A stretch of 64,000 nucleotides of DNA from Podarcis vaucheri (Eukaryota): NCBI GenBank assembly GCA_965113315.1, contig OZ220369.1. One strand, written 5' to 3'. Made by a program: the position numbers and the translations under genes. The notes beneath the pieces were generated by a model. It made no database searches. It saw only the letters and a list, made by a program, of their open reading frames with translations, and was not told where the DNA came from. Positions 1 through 11,542 of the stretch are shown here, piece after piece. Each line of letters opens with the position of its first letter. The stretch's first letter is position 1.

Positions 1-248
1 CCTTGTCAGTCTCAAATACTTTGGGGAGCATATTTTAACCTTGAGCTGGCTAAAAATTTAAATGATTAGTGAGGCAAATCTTCCATGTATCTCAAAGACT
101 TTTGGGGTCTTGTTTCTTTTGAGTGAATGTACATAATGGGGAGATCTGCTATTAAACAAATGAAGCTTAAGCTGCAATGCCCTTAATCCTGGAGGGGCCA
201 CAAAAGTGAATTCAGTCCACACTGCTTAAAATGTTTAGTTCTAGCAGT

Positions 249-592
249 AAGGTAAGGTAAAGGGCCACTGGACAGTTAAGTCCAGTCAAAGGCGACTATG
301 GGGTGCAGCACTCATCTCACTTTTCAGGCCAAGGGAGCCAGCATTTGTCCACAGACAGCTTACTGGGTCATGTGGCCAGCATGACTAAACCACTTCTGGC
401 ACAACAGAGAATACTGTGATGAAAGCCAGAGCTCATAGAAATGCCATTTACCTTCCCACCGCAGCGGTACCTATTTATCTACTTGCACTGATGTGCTTCA
501 AACTGCTAGGTTGGCAGAAGCTGGGACAAAGCAACAGGAGCTCACCCTGTTGCGCTGATTCAAACCACCAACCACAGCACCACCCGCATCCC
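249..592 (-). mobile_element. Sauria SINE, older copy with an internal deletion near the head
   Basis: aaggtaaggtaaagg tail; body gtcatgtggccagcatgact...tacctatttatctacttgcac shared with the 53726 copy; possible degenerate TSD tagttctagcag / tagctcctagtag. Confidence 0.85.
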
Positions 593-1079
593 TAGCTCCT
601 AGTAGACCCAATTTGAGTTGAGCTTTATTGTATATATTTCAACAATCCTGAGAGTCAGTAGCACAGATGTGAATGTGTGGGGATCTGTCATGGGAACAAC
701 CCCATTGAAGAAGATAACAGTGGCTACCTAGACCTTGTTTCTGGTTGCAAGGAGCTCCCATGACAGCTCAATCTTCAGGGCCCCCAAAATGTAGGTCCGC
801 CACTGGCACATAATCTAATTTTCCAGAACACCCCATCTCCTTTAGAAACTCACTTGCTAAAGGCCAGGCTGGGCTGGCTGAAGGCTGCCCCTGAAATGAT
901 GTTACCCCCACTCTCTGTCCCCTTCCTCCTCTCCCATTATGCAAGCTGCTCTAGGACCCAAAAAGCACCACTTGACATCTTGTGGCAAATCCGGTCTAGG
1001 TCTAAAGAGACACATGCTACTTCTTGCCACTGCGCTTCTGTATCACCTTCCTTTTGTTTGTCTTTTCCCCTTGAGTTAG

Positions 1080-1189
1080 ATCTTGGTTCTGGAGTCAGTT
1101 CCAGATATCAACCTTCTGGATTACCTGCCAGAGATTCTAGATGGCCTCTTCCAGATCCTGGGTGATAACAGCAAGGAGATACGTAAAAT
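1080..1189 (+). CDS. VAC14: VAC14 coding exon (human exon 6 equivalent), [37 protein letters not shown]
   Basis: Acceptor ttag|ATC, donor AT|gtgagt, 110 nt; peptide matches recalled vertebrate VAC14 HEAT region. Confidence 0.97.
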
Positions 1190-1684
1190 GTGAGTGCAGA
1201 GCTGGATCTGGGGATAACTGCTTGGCTGTTGATACGCAGGCTTTGCCCCCCTGTTTCCAGGGCAGTGCTCCATAAGTTGCATCACCACTTCCTTCAACTT
1301 CGACCCAGTTGACACTCTTAAACAGGAAGCAGCAGCTTTGGGTGTGAAGAGGGGGCTGTTGCCTTGTGTGTCCTGCTCAAGAGCTTCCCACAGGGACATC
1401 TTCTCGGCCACATGAAGAATAGGATGCTGGATGAGATGGGCCCATCTTGGTGTGATCCAGCTTCAGGGCTCTATGTTCAAGTGTCTTGGTAGAAACCAAA
1501 GTTTCTAGGCTGGAACCTGTGCTGGATGCCCAGCAAGCAGAGTCTGTCTGTGTGTCCTCTGTCTGGGTGAGGAGAATGAGTGAACAGAAAGGGGCCTCTG
1601 CTTCCCTTTCCACCCTTTCATGTTATTTCCCCTATAGCAGAAGACCTATCTCTGAAACCCCTGCTTTCCCCCCCTTGCACACAG

Positions 1685-1791
1685 GTGTGAAGTAGCCCTT
1701 GGTGAATTTCTGAAAGAGATCAAGAAGAACCCTTCCAGTGTCAAGTTTGCTGAGATGGCCAACATCTTGGTGATTCACTGCCAGGCTTCTG
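1685..1791 (+). CDS. VAC14: VAC14 exon 7 equivalent, [35 protein letters not shown]
   Basis: acag|G acceptor, G|gtaagt donor, 107 nt; phase continues from previous exon. Confidence 0.97.
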
Positions 1792-2046
1792 GTAAGTTAT
1801 TTGTATTTCCAGCCCACCCTTCACCGTATAATCCTCATGTGTGTTCCAGAACCATCACAACTGAAACAAGTATTATTAAAATGAAACCAAAAGACAAAGC
1901 ATAGGAGCAGAACAGAAGCAGCACTGTTCAGCAGTGATGGAGAGAAGAGGAGGGAAGGCTTCCTGGGGAAAGAGAGGCACCTCACCCACCCCTTTCCAGG
2001 CATCCTGCTAAACCACCTTTTTGTTTCCTGATCACTTTGACTGCAG

Positions 2047-2181
2047 ATGACCTAATCCAGTTGACTGCCATGTGCTGGATGCGCGAATTCATCCAGCTGG
2101 CTGGCCGGGTGATGCTGCCATATTCCTCAGGGATCCTGACAGCTGTCCTGCCGTGCCTGTCCTATGACGACCGGAAGAAGA
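2047..2181 (+). CDS. VAC14: VAC14 exon 8 equivalent, [45 protein letters not shown]
   Basis: gcag|AT acceptor, 135 nt; ends at U12 donor A|GTATCCTTG; visible in ORF 2037..2348. Confidence 0.97.
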
Positions 2182-3146
2182 GTATCCTTGCAGCAGAGGC
2201 TGTTGCCTCCCTCCTCCTCCTCCTCCTCCCACCCCTTCCTTCACAAATGTCCGTCAGCATCTGGCAGAAAGGAGGGAGGAGGGTCAGGCTAAGTCAACAG
2301 CCCTGGTTTATGCCATTGGAGGATTTTGCTGCTGCTGCTTCCTTGTGAGCCTGTGGATCATGAAAAGGACTGGGGGCAGCTCCATAAGCAGCTCTGCTTT
2401 CTGTGCTTTCCTTGACATCAGAGCAGGCCCACAATTGCTTTTCCTGGGATGCTTAAGCAAAGGACTGGCTTCAGTAGGAGAGCCATTTTCATGTGGACAC
2501 CTCCTTTGTGGGTATCTTTACTGAAAGATGTAGCATCGCTTGGGCTGGGCCATGAGAAGGAATCAAGCATACTTCAGTATTCCTTTTGGCCCATGTGCTG
2601 TATTGTTCTCTAAACATTTGCCAAATCTGATATCTGATGCAACCTTTGCCAGCCTAAAAATTAAAAGGTTTTGTCTTGAAAACCAATCAACCTGAAACCA
2701 GTTTTCTAGCACTTAAAGGCTATGGAACTCACTCCGACAAGAAATAGTGATAGCCACCAACTTGGATGGCTTTAAAAGAAGACCAGACAAATTCATGGAG
2801 TAGGCTCTCAGTGCCTACAAGCCACGATGGCAATGTTCTTCCTCCACTGTCAGGGCCAGTGTGCCTGTGAATACAAGCTGCTAGGAATCTCAAGTAGGGA
2901 AAGATGCTCTTGTGCTCAGGTTCTGCTTGTGGGGTTCCCAGTGAGGCATCTTATTGGCCCCTTTTGGCTTGGTCCAGCACCCCCTCCCCCTCCCTCTCCC
3001 CTGTCTGTGGTTCTAGTGCCTATGGGCCCCTGTGAAAGATCTTGAGGCTAGACTCTTGCCATAGGGCCTGTTCTGTATGAGCCTACTACAATGGTGATTG
3101 GGAGCATGACTTGGGAATGAATGTTCCTTACATCCCTGGGGTGCAG
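2182..3146 (+). other. VAC14: U12-type (minor spliceosome) GT-AG intron 8
   Basis: 5' site GTATCCTTG; branch-like TTCCTTAC at 3124-3131, 15 nt before the intron end; no polypyrimidine tract; splicing restores KKS-IKEV. Confidence 0.93.
2720..2960 (+). mobile_element. CR1 LINE 3' fragment (inside U12 intron 8)
   Basis: gccaccaacttggatggctttaaaagaag...gacaaattcatggag CR1 ORF2 end plus 3' UTR; similar to 32060-32485 and 53410-53625. Confidence 0.7.
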
Positions 3147-3305
3147 GCATCAAAGAGGTGGCCAATGTGTGCAACCAGAGCCTCATGAAGCTGGTTATTC
3201 CGGAAGATGATGAGGTTGATGAGACCAAGCAGCCCACAACAGCCCCCCAGATAATGGAGGGTGATCAGGATGAATCTCTGTCCAAGCAGGAGGTGACCTC
3301 CGGCG
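3147..3305 (+). CDS. VAC14: VAC14 exon 9 equivalent, [53 protein letters not shown]
   Basis: gcag|GC acceptor, G|gtaagt donor, 159 nt; in frame. Confidence 0.96.
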
Positions 3306-4017
3306 GTAAGTCCATTCCCCCCCAAAGCAAACTGTCTTTCTGTCTGGCTTTTTGTGCATATACGTATCCCTGCTCTCATGACCTGGACTTTGGTATATTG
3401 CAATATGTTTTCTGTTGGGCTGGAGAGAAGGGGTTACCTGAGAAAAGTACAAGGCTAGGGGAGCGGCGTGATAATGTGCTAAACAAGTGGAGATAGGACA
3501 GTACTAGTTTCTCACCATGGAAAGACTGGGAAAAGGTGAGCCAATCAAGACATTGTGTTCCAAGGCTACCCAATCACTCCATAGTGGGAAAATTGTATCT
3601 CCAGTCACTTAGCCTGTCTTATATTGGCTGGGTTTTAAAAGGTGGTGTTCTCAAGTAGTTCTGTGTGTAAGAAAAGGGTGGAGGATGGTGTCCTCGAGAG
3701 AGAAGCAAACAACAACTGTTGATCAGGTTCCCGGTGAGGGGAGGCTCAGTTGGAAATGAAGCCAGGTCTTCAACAGAGGCATTTTGGCAGTTGCTCAGCT
3801 GCACCATGGACCTCAGCAATGAGGCTGCTTGGTTTTCATCATCCCGAATGTTATCTACAGACCTGACTACCTCACCGTCTTGATGCTTTCAGAACATTCT
3901 TACCTGGGGCCACATCACTATTTTGTTTGGGGAGCAGTCCTTGCAAGTGCCAGCCCTTTGTGTTCCTCTGACAGTGTTGTGGCGTGTTCAAGCTAACTGA
4001 CACCTGTCTCCCTGCAG

Positions 4018-4078
4018 GCTGCCTGGATGCCTCCGGCGATTCCAATTTCAGCAACACCAGTGTCTTTATACCAGCCAG
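4018..4078 (+). CDS. VAC14: VAC14 exon 10 equivalent, GCLDASGDSNFSNTSVFIPAS (variable linker)
   Basis: cctgcag|GC acceptor, AG|gtaaaa donor, 61 nt; bridges the phases of exons 9 and 11; resembles human GPDGSCDSSFSSGISVFTAAS. Confidence 0.9.
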
Positions 4079-7000
4079 GTAAAAAACAACTGCCTCTTGT
4101 TAATGAAACTGGGGGATCCTCTGTAGCATTTTACAGATGGGGAGATTCTGCTGTGCATTCCTATGCTTGGATCTTGCGCTGGACTGGATAGTGCCATTGA
4201 GTTGCTGCAAACCATGGTTTACAGAGGGCTTTGGTGGCAGAGGATGCTGCTTAGAAGGAATTCAGAGCAGCTGGTGAACTATGAGGCACCTCTCAATGAT
4301 GTGAGGTTCTTTCCTGCTAGTAACTGGGGGGGGACATTCAGATGAAGCGAGCATATTTCTGCATGCATTCCCCCCACAATGAGGTGATGTGGGTCAAAGC
4401 ACACCTGTGCTTGGGATAGTAAACCTCTTTCTTCTAACCCACAAACTAGCTTACAAACCCAAACGCTGTTTAGACTTGAATTCTGTAAATAGCTATGAAA
4501 CTTGCTTTTGGCTGTCTCTAGGGGCAGCATTTGAGTTTGTGCAAAACATCTGATTTCAAATGGCAGCAGAAGCTGGTGAGTGGCAGGTGTTCTGCTTTTG
4601 GGCACTCAGCAGTTTTGCAGGATCCCTTCCGGGCATTTGGGACGGGCATTGTCCAGTGGGCAGAAAGAGCAAAGCAGCTGAATCCTGTGGGATAAAAACT
4701 TTGCTGAAGCAGAGGAGGTGATAATTGAGTGGCATTTGCCTAGACAGTTAGCTTGTCTTCACTCCATAAAATGAACAGGCCATGACAGTCTGTTTGTGTA
4801 TTTAAAGGACGCATGGAACCTGAGTGTGGCCCTCTCAGCAGCCTTGGGTTTCTTGTATACCTGGAAGCTTGCATATCTGCAAGGTTGCTGGGGCTGATGG
4901 GAGTTGTTGTCCAAAACACATGGAGGGCACCAGGTTGGCAAAGGCTGTGCTGCAGCATGCATAATTCTGCAGCTCCTCAAGTCTCCCTTCTCCTTCCCTA
5001 GTCATCTTAGTTTTGCAGTTTGCCTTGCAGGGAAAGTTCTCAACCCAACCTCCCCCCACCACATACTTTTAGTCACTCCTTTTCCAGCTCTCAGGTGCCC
5101 TTTTTTAGATGAGGCAACAACCAGAACTGTATGTATTCATTTTTAAAGAAATGTTATGTTGCAATAAAACAGTCTAGACCAGGAGATGGCAGAGCAGCAC
5201 AAAGGCCAAGCCTTGGGAATGGAACTCATGGTTGGAATGCCTGGGAGAGTAAAACTTTTCTTTCCTCGGTGCTGACAGGATATTGAGCGTAGGTGCCAGG
5301 GCAAGGCATTGGCACTGTGACGGACCTTTCTCCTGGTGATTACTTGCTGCTTTGGGGGAATGGGGGCACTCACAATTCCTCCCTGAGGGTGACCTTGGGG
5401 CACAAGTAGGCTTTTGTGGGGAAAGTGATCCATACACAACGTTCTGTTGGTGCATTGTATTCCACGTACAGGTTTATAGGAAGTAATTATAGATTTGACT
5501 TTTAACAATAACAGCACCCCAAAACTTTTAACTGCAATAGTAAGAAATGATAGTTGATCAATATGCTGAGAATGGCCAGGAGGAAGGAAAAATTCTTGGA
5601 GAAGGAGCAATGAAAATGAGGAGTCAAAAGTGGATGTGGTGATTTGGAGGCAAGCAGTCAACACAGTTAGCTGTGGCCTCACAGATAAGGGGCTGCATAA
5701 GAGGTGGAGAAAGAGAATTGCCTTAGAGCACTGGAGGCCTGATGCTGGATCTTACCACCCAGGCCACCTCTTTCCCACAGTGGCCCATCAGACACCTCAG
5801 TGAGGACCCCACAAGCAGCAGCAGCAGCTTCTTCTTCCTTGGCGATCACTCCTAGCCAAGTAAGATTGTCTTCCATAAACACGGTTTTAACAATGAGTCC
5901 ATAAGTGACTGTGGAGGTGAATTCTGCATCCATACATCCTTCCAAAGTGGGGACATAGGTTTCTGGGGAGGAGTTGATCATGGTGATGGTTTGCCAAGTG
6001 TGCCTTCCTCTTAGCATGTTTCTCCCTTTCATCCTGAGTTTGAGTGTTTTCAAAGCCCATGACACCTTTGGTAAAGGCTGTTCTTCAATTGGAGCACTCG
6101 CAGCCAAGTGTTTCCCACAAACAGGACATGGGAGGCCATGTCTCCCTCCTGTCCCTTTTGTTGCCCAGTGACTGGCACTTGGAAGCATCTTCCACCTCTC
6201 ATCCTGGAGGCTTTGTGACCAGGAAATGAGGCGAGCTCAAGAGCTGCTTTTCTGCAGCGCTGTTGCAGGGCACTGGGTCCCATGCAGCCCCCAGTAAAAT
6301 TAAGATGCAGAGTCAGCAGTACCTGGTGGGCTTGCTCCCTGTGTCTTCTGGAATATTGAAATGAGATTGCATAATACCCCCTGTGACTTTTTAAAAATAT
6401 TTTAAAAATTATTTTATAGATGTAATATAAACCTGCTTTTTTCCTCTGTTCCATGCATGCCTCCTAATACCTCCTAAAAGGGGCAGCATGCATTCCTTCC
6501 AGCCATTCTCTGTATGGAACTGAATTGGTTGCTAACTGTGAGGCTGCCAATTTTCTTCCCTTCCTTCCAAATCTGCTTGGAAGGGAGACGTGATCTGCCC
6601 TTGGGAGTAGCAGGAGCCTTTGTACTTCCTTGGAATTGGAGTAATATATTGACATCCCACTGTTCTTCCGTTGTGGAGCTCAAGACTATGCACATGGCGC
6701 TTCCAAGTGGTCTGCACATCCGTGCACTGACAAGACGCAAACCTGTGTGGCTACATCACGTGCCCCCGGGACCAAATCAATAAGCACAAGCTATTATTAG
6801 TAACAAAACAAATCACAGAAGGGGGTTTGCAGCATGCAGGGCAACACCAGGAGCAGGGAGGAAATAAGTTACATCCTCTTGGTTACGTGTGCATCTTTCA
6901 TAATGGGATGGAATGTCAATATGTTGCTTTCCTTCTTCCGAAAGCCAAAGAGAATAATTTTTTTCAGCAACATGCAGCCACACAGATCCATGAGATGGTA

Positions 7001-7539
7001 CTCAGTCAACAGCAGTTGCTTTAGTTGCCACAGATTTTTAAGGGTTTGTTCTTAAGCATACAAAATGGAATGGTGGAAGCAAAATGGAAAAAAAGTATTC
7101 AATCTACAGACAAAGGATGGGAGCAGTTGCTGGAAAATAGCTGCCAGCATTACTGGAATAGAGAATGACTTTGCTTTCATTCAGCTGGCAGCTTAGGAAA
7201 GCAAGCAAAGGAGCAATATTTTAGTGATTTATGGGAGATAAACTTTGTCTCTTTGCAAGATGAAAGCTGTATATATGGGAAGTGTTTGTTGAGGTGAAAT
7301 GATGAACCAAGGAGCCTGTTGCATTGTGATTTTCTGTGTGCTGTTTTTATATGGACTCAATATAGGCAGCTAAGTATTGAGAAGAAGTCATTCAGCAAAT
7401 GCCATTGACAATAGGGAAACCAAATGGTACAAGTTGCCCTGAGGTTATTTATGTTGAAGGGCAGTATAGGAATTCATTGAGTGAATGAATGAAACCATGT
7501 TCCTGCCTGATCTTAACTTCTGTCTCCTTTTACCTTTAG

Positions 7540-7684
7540 CACTGAGAGAATCCAGGTGACCCTGAACCTCGATGGAATTGTCCAAGTATTGGACTGTCAC
7601 CTTCACGATTCAACCATTGGGATGATGACACGGATAGCAGTCCTGAAGTGGCTGTATCACTTGTACATCAAGACGCCTCGCAAG
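7540..7684 (+). CDS. VAC14: VAC14 exon 11 equivalent, [48 protein letters not shown]
   Basis: tttag|C acceptor, 145 nt; ends at GC donor AAG|gcaagt. Confidence 0.96.
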
Positions 7685-7827
7685 GCAAGTCTGCTCATTG
7701 ATCAGATCAGGCCTGCAGCATGGCCATTGGCCCACATTAGAGTTTCTTTTCCTCCTGACTCTTCCTTGAAGAGCAGCTAAGATGCTATTCTTAAAGCTTT
7801 GGAAAGCAAGCTTGCCTCTTAAGAATA

Positions 7828-8483
7828 TAGTGGTACCTTGGTTCTCAAACTGAAGTCTGTTCCAAAACCAAAACGTTCCAAAACCGAGGCATGCTTTCCC
7901 ATAGAAAGTAATGCAAAATGGATTCATCTGTTCCAGACTTTTAAAAACAACCCCTAAAACAGTAATTTAACATGAATTTTTTTATCTAATGAGACCATTG
8001 ATCCTTAAGATGAAAGAAATAATCAATGTACTGTACAATAAAATAAAATAAATAAGACAGTATTGTAGATGATAAAAATTAAAATTAAATTTTTTTCGTA
8101 CCTGCACTGATGATAGTCATTCTTTGGATAGGGGCTTTTATCCATTTCTGCAGTCATACAATCAATCCATCTTAAAACGAAGAACAAGCCATAGTCACAA
8201 AAACGAAAAAGCCACACAAACAAAAACGCAAAAAATAGCAAAAACAAAAGCACCAAATATAAGCTCCAAATATCACCTCGGAACACTGCAATCGGAAATG
8301 GAAGGCTTTGATTACAATGGGGGGGGGGTGCAAATTAGCAGTGCAACAGTGAAAATGGAAGCTCAGGACCACATTCGGCTACTAAAGCAAAGTTCGCAAA
8401 CCGGAACACTGACTTCTGGGTTTGCAGCGTTCAAGTTCCAAGTTGTTTGGGGACTAAGCTGTTCGAAAACTGAGGTACCACTG
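7828..8483. mobile_element. Non-autonomous Tc1/mariner (pogo/Tigger-like) element
   Basis: TIRs TAGTGGTACCTTGGTTCTCAAAC / revcomp CAGTGGTACCTCAGTTTTCGAAC; flanked by TA at 7826-7827 and 8484-8485. Confidence 0.85.
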
Positions 8484-8758
8484 TACAGCATTGCACTCAG
8501 GATACATGTGCTTTTTCAGCCCAGAAGGAACTAATTTTTTTTATTAAGTGAGGCACAGTTGTTGAGTCAGAGAAATTTGGGAGCTTGAAACATTCAATTG
8601 CAGAAGTTTTCTTCCTTTTCTCCTCCAGCTTTTCTGCCCCCCCCTTTTTGGTGCTGATTGGCTTGGTAATAAAGCTGCTTGTAATGGATGGAAGCCTAAA
8701 TTGTTCTTGCTTTACATAGAGTCTGCTGAAAGTGCTACGGTTATGAGTGCTCTGGCTC

Positions 8759-9028
8759 AGTTTGCATGTAATGCTAAGCCAAGCCATGCTTCAGTGTGAA
8801 CACACAGGCTTCCCGAGAGGAGATCACAGCTGCTTTTCTCTCCCTCCGTGCTGCTGCGCTGCCCTGACCTAAGCTGTGGTTTGGCATGGAAAGTGCTCTG
8901 AACCTGGGACCTGTCCCACTGCAGACAAACCATGAGCTGTAAATCAAGAAAAACCTTGGCTGCATGGTTTGTCTCCTCTCTGCGTGTTCATGTTAAAACA
9001 CAGTTTGGCTGAGTGTTACGTGCAAACT
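8759..9028. mobile_element. MITE-like element with about 50-bp imperfect TIRs
   Basis: AGTTTGCATGTAATGCTAAGCCAAGCC...GAACACACAG matches the reverse complement of 8980-9028. Confidence 0.7.
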
Positions 9029-9273
9029 AGTTCAATATATCAAAAAGCAATCGAATACTTTTCAAAGGAAGAAGCCCTTCCTCTAGTTGGTGACTCTGGC
9101 CTCAGCTGCAGAGTTTGTTTGGTAAGCTTGCGGGAAAGGAGGGCATCTTTCCAGCACAAGGACTGGGATGCTCTTAAACCTGGAGGCAGCCTTTGCTGTT
9201 GTGGTGGCAGCCTCTGGCAGAGCACCAGACACAGTGACTTCTGTGACTGTTTTGGACTTCTTTTCCCTTTCAG

Positions 9274-9339
9274 ATGTTCCGGCATACAGACAGCCTGTTT
9301 CCCATCTTGTTAAAGACATTATCTGATGAGTCTGACGAG
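9274..9339 (+). CDS. VAC14: VAC14 exon 12 equivalent, [22 protein letters not shown]
   Basis: tttcag|ATG acceptor, GAG|gtgagc donor, 66 nt. Confidence 0.97.
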
Positions 9340-11302
9340 GTGAGCATAAATCCTGCACTGGAAACATTTACCTCCATTTATTTTATTTGTGTTTTTTAAA
9401 ACAACAACAACAACCTGTGTACTGAGAGAGTAAAAGTGGCTAGTAGGTTACTCAGACGACAGGTGAAAAGTTCATCAAATTCACTGTCTCCTGAGCACTG
9501 ATGCTCTTGGGCAGCCCTATTTAGCGGGTTAGGTTGTAAACAGAGTGAAGCACTGTCAAACCACCCACATGTTAAGAGGTGATTGAAAGAAGTGGCTTTC
9601 AGAGTTTCCCTTCCTCAGTCGCATATTCTCAGCGTGGAACTTCAGATGGTGCTGCCCTTGGAGGCCATGGCAGTTTGAGCTGTTGAATAATGGAAGCAAT
9701 TGTACTAGTCGCATTTGCCTGGAAGCTGAGAGGCTGCTGTCTCTGGTGAAGCTTCTAATTTGATTCTGCCTCATGACTCGGAGGGGATGGTTCTCAGGAA
9801 TGTCCTCCTGCGATCGCCTAGAATAAAAATCCATGGCAAGTTCAGCTTCACTTTCACAAGAAGGGAGCGGCCTGCTGAAGTATTCCCACTTGGTGGATCT
9901 TGCGCCAGGATGAGACCCTTTCTATCATCTGGCTTTGACTTCTCTGCTACTTTCTTTGTTGCAAAGAGGCTGGGATATTGTTGGCATACTGAAGATTATA
10001 TGAAGTTGGATACACTTCGCTGCTGAGGCCCTGCACGCAGGTCCTTAGTAAGCGATCATTGTGGTCCAGGGCATCCTTTGTTAGAAGTTAGTGCCATGTG
10101 TCCTTGTCCGCAAGTTGGGAAGTACATGCATCTTGGAGTCACATACCATGATCCAAATTACACTGAAAGGAATGAGCAACCAGATAGCAGATCAAAGTTT
10201 GGAAATACGCTGTTTATTACAAATAGAGGCCGTTATTATTTACATAGTATTTGGTTTGGACTGGCAACCTGGAAGTTAAATCTAGGACACAGTACAAATG
10301 TGAGGGATCTAATAGCAAATATGGACAGTAAAGATTTGCTGGAGCCAGGTAGACAGGTGTGGAGTTGAATTGCCTTAGAGGGGGAAGAAGGATGCAAACA
10401 CGCATCTCTGCAAAGCAGCATCAGTACCTGTGTGAGAGAAAAACTGAAGCTCAGATATAACCTATTCCCAGATGGGGAGCGATTCTTCTTTGGCTAGGTA
10501 GGTGGGTTGCAGTTAATCAGGAGATTGTCTTGGCACTTGGACCCCTGGAGTTACTTAAGCTGCCTGAACATCTGGCTCTTCATCGGTAATATGTATTGCT
10601 GCCAACAAACAACCAGAAAAAGGTAGTTTGGGAGACTGGTGGTAGGCTGAACCCCTGTAAGTTTTCTTGAGCTCTGTATCGCATCTGTATTGCTGTGAAA
10701 GGTGTCTGTGTTTTGTGCCTCTCCTGGAGCCCTCCCTAAGCAGATTTAAAAAGACAGGAGGGAGGAAAGGCAAGGAGAAAGGGGGGCAATGCTAACAAGG
10801 AGTGGAACAACTGAGGTTGCCCAAAAGCCAGCCTTGATCAGACAAAGATGGAATGGGCTTGAATTGAATTGAATGGGCTTGAATAGACCACTAACATTTA
10901 GAAGTAGAATTCTTTTTCTGGCTACTCCAGGAAGGGTTTCCCCCTGCAACAGAGGGGAACTGGAGTGCTAGTTGGATCTGAGCTTTCCCACTGGGCGTGT
11001 TGAGAGCCAAAATGCATGATGCTCAAGAAGGGGTTCCAGCTGCATACTGGAGGTATGGAGGTACATGTTTTGCATGGAGGAGCCAAACTTTGATGGATGC
11101 TAATGGGTTTTCGGGTACCTAGGATGTGTTTGTCAGGGAGTTGCAGTGCCTTGGGCATGAGGTGTTCTCCAATAGGGCTCTGAGTAAGCCAGATCAAGAT
11201 GTACCTTGGGTGGATTGATCAGATTAGAGGTTGGGAAGAAAAGAAGGCCTTTACCATTTCCCAGGATCAGCACTATGATCCTTGACTGGCAAGAGTCCCA
11301 CC

Positions 11303-11326
11303 GGTTGGTTGGTTGGTTGGTTGGTT
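11303..11326. repeat. (GGTT)6 microsatellite
   Basis: Direct reading. Confidence 0.95.
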
Positions 11327-11488
11327 GATGCAAGGGCACACTGTGTCTTACTTGCCCAGCAAGCCAGAGATTTCAGAGTCAAGATGTCTGGGAGCATCCT
11401 TGAGACCACTGTGAGGCTAAGCTCCTTGCCCACAATGTAGGATCCCATGGGAACAGCCAGCCCATGGCCCTGGTGCCACTGGGTGAGT

Positions 11489-11542
11489 GGAAGGAAGGAA
11501 GGAAGGAAGGAAGGAAGGAAGGAAGGAAGGAAGGAAGGAAGG
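11489..11542. repeat. (GGAA)13 microsatellite
   Basis: Direct reading. Confidence 0.95.

Larger units (their letters stand above)
7685..9273 (+). other. VAC14: GC-AG non-canonical U2 intron 11
   Basis: AAG|GCAAGT; protein continuity KTPRK-MFRH requires this junction and no GT is present there. Confidence 0.9.
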
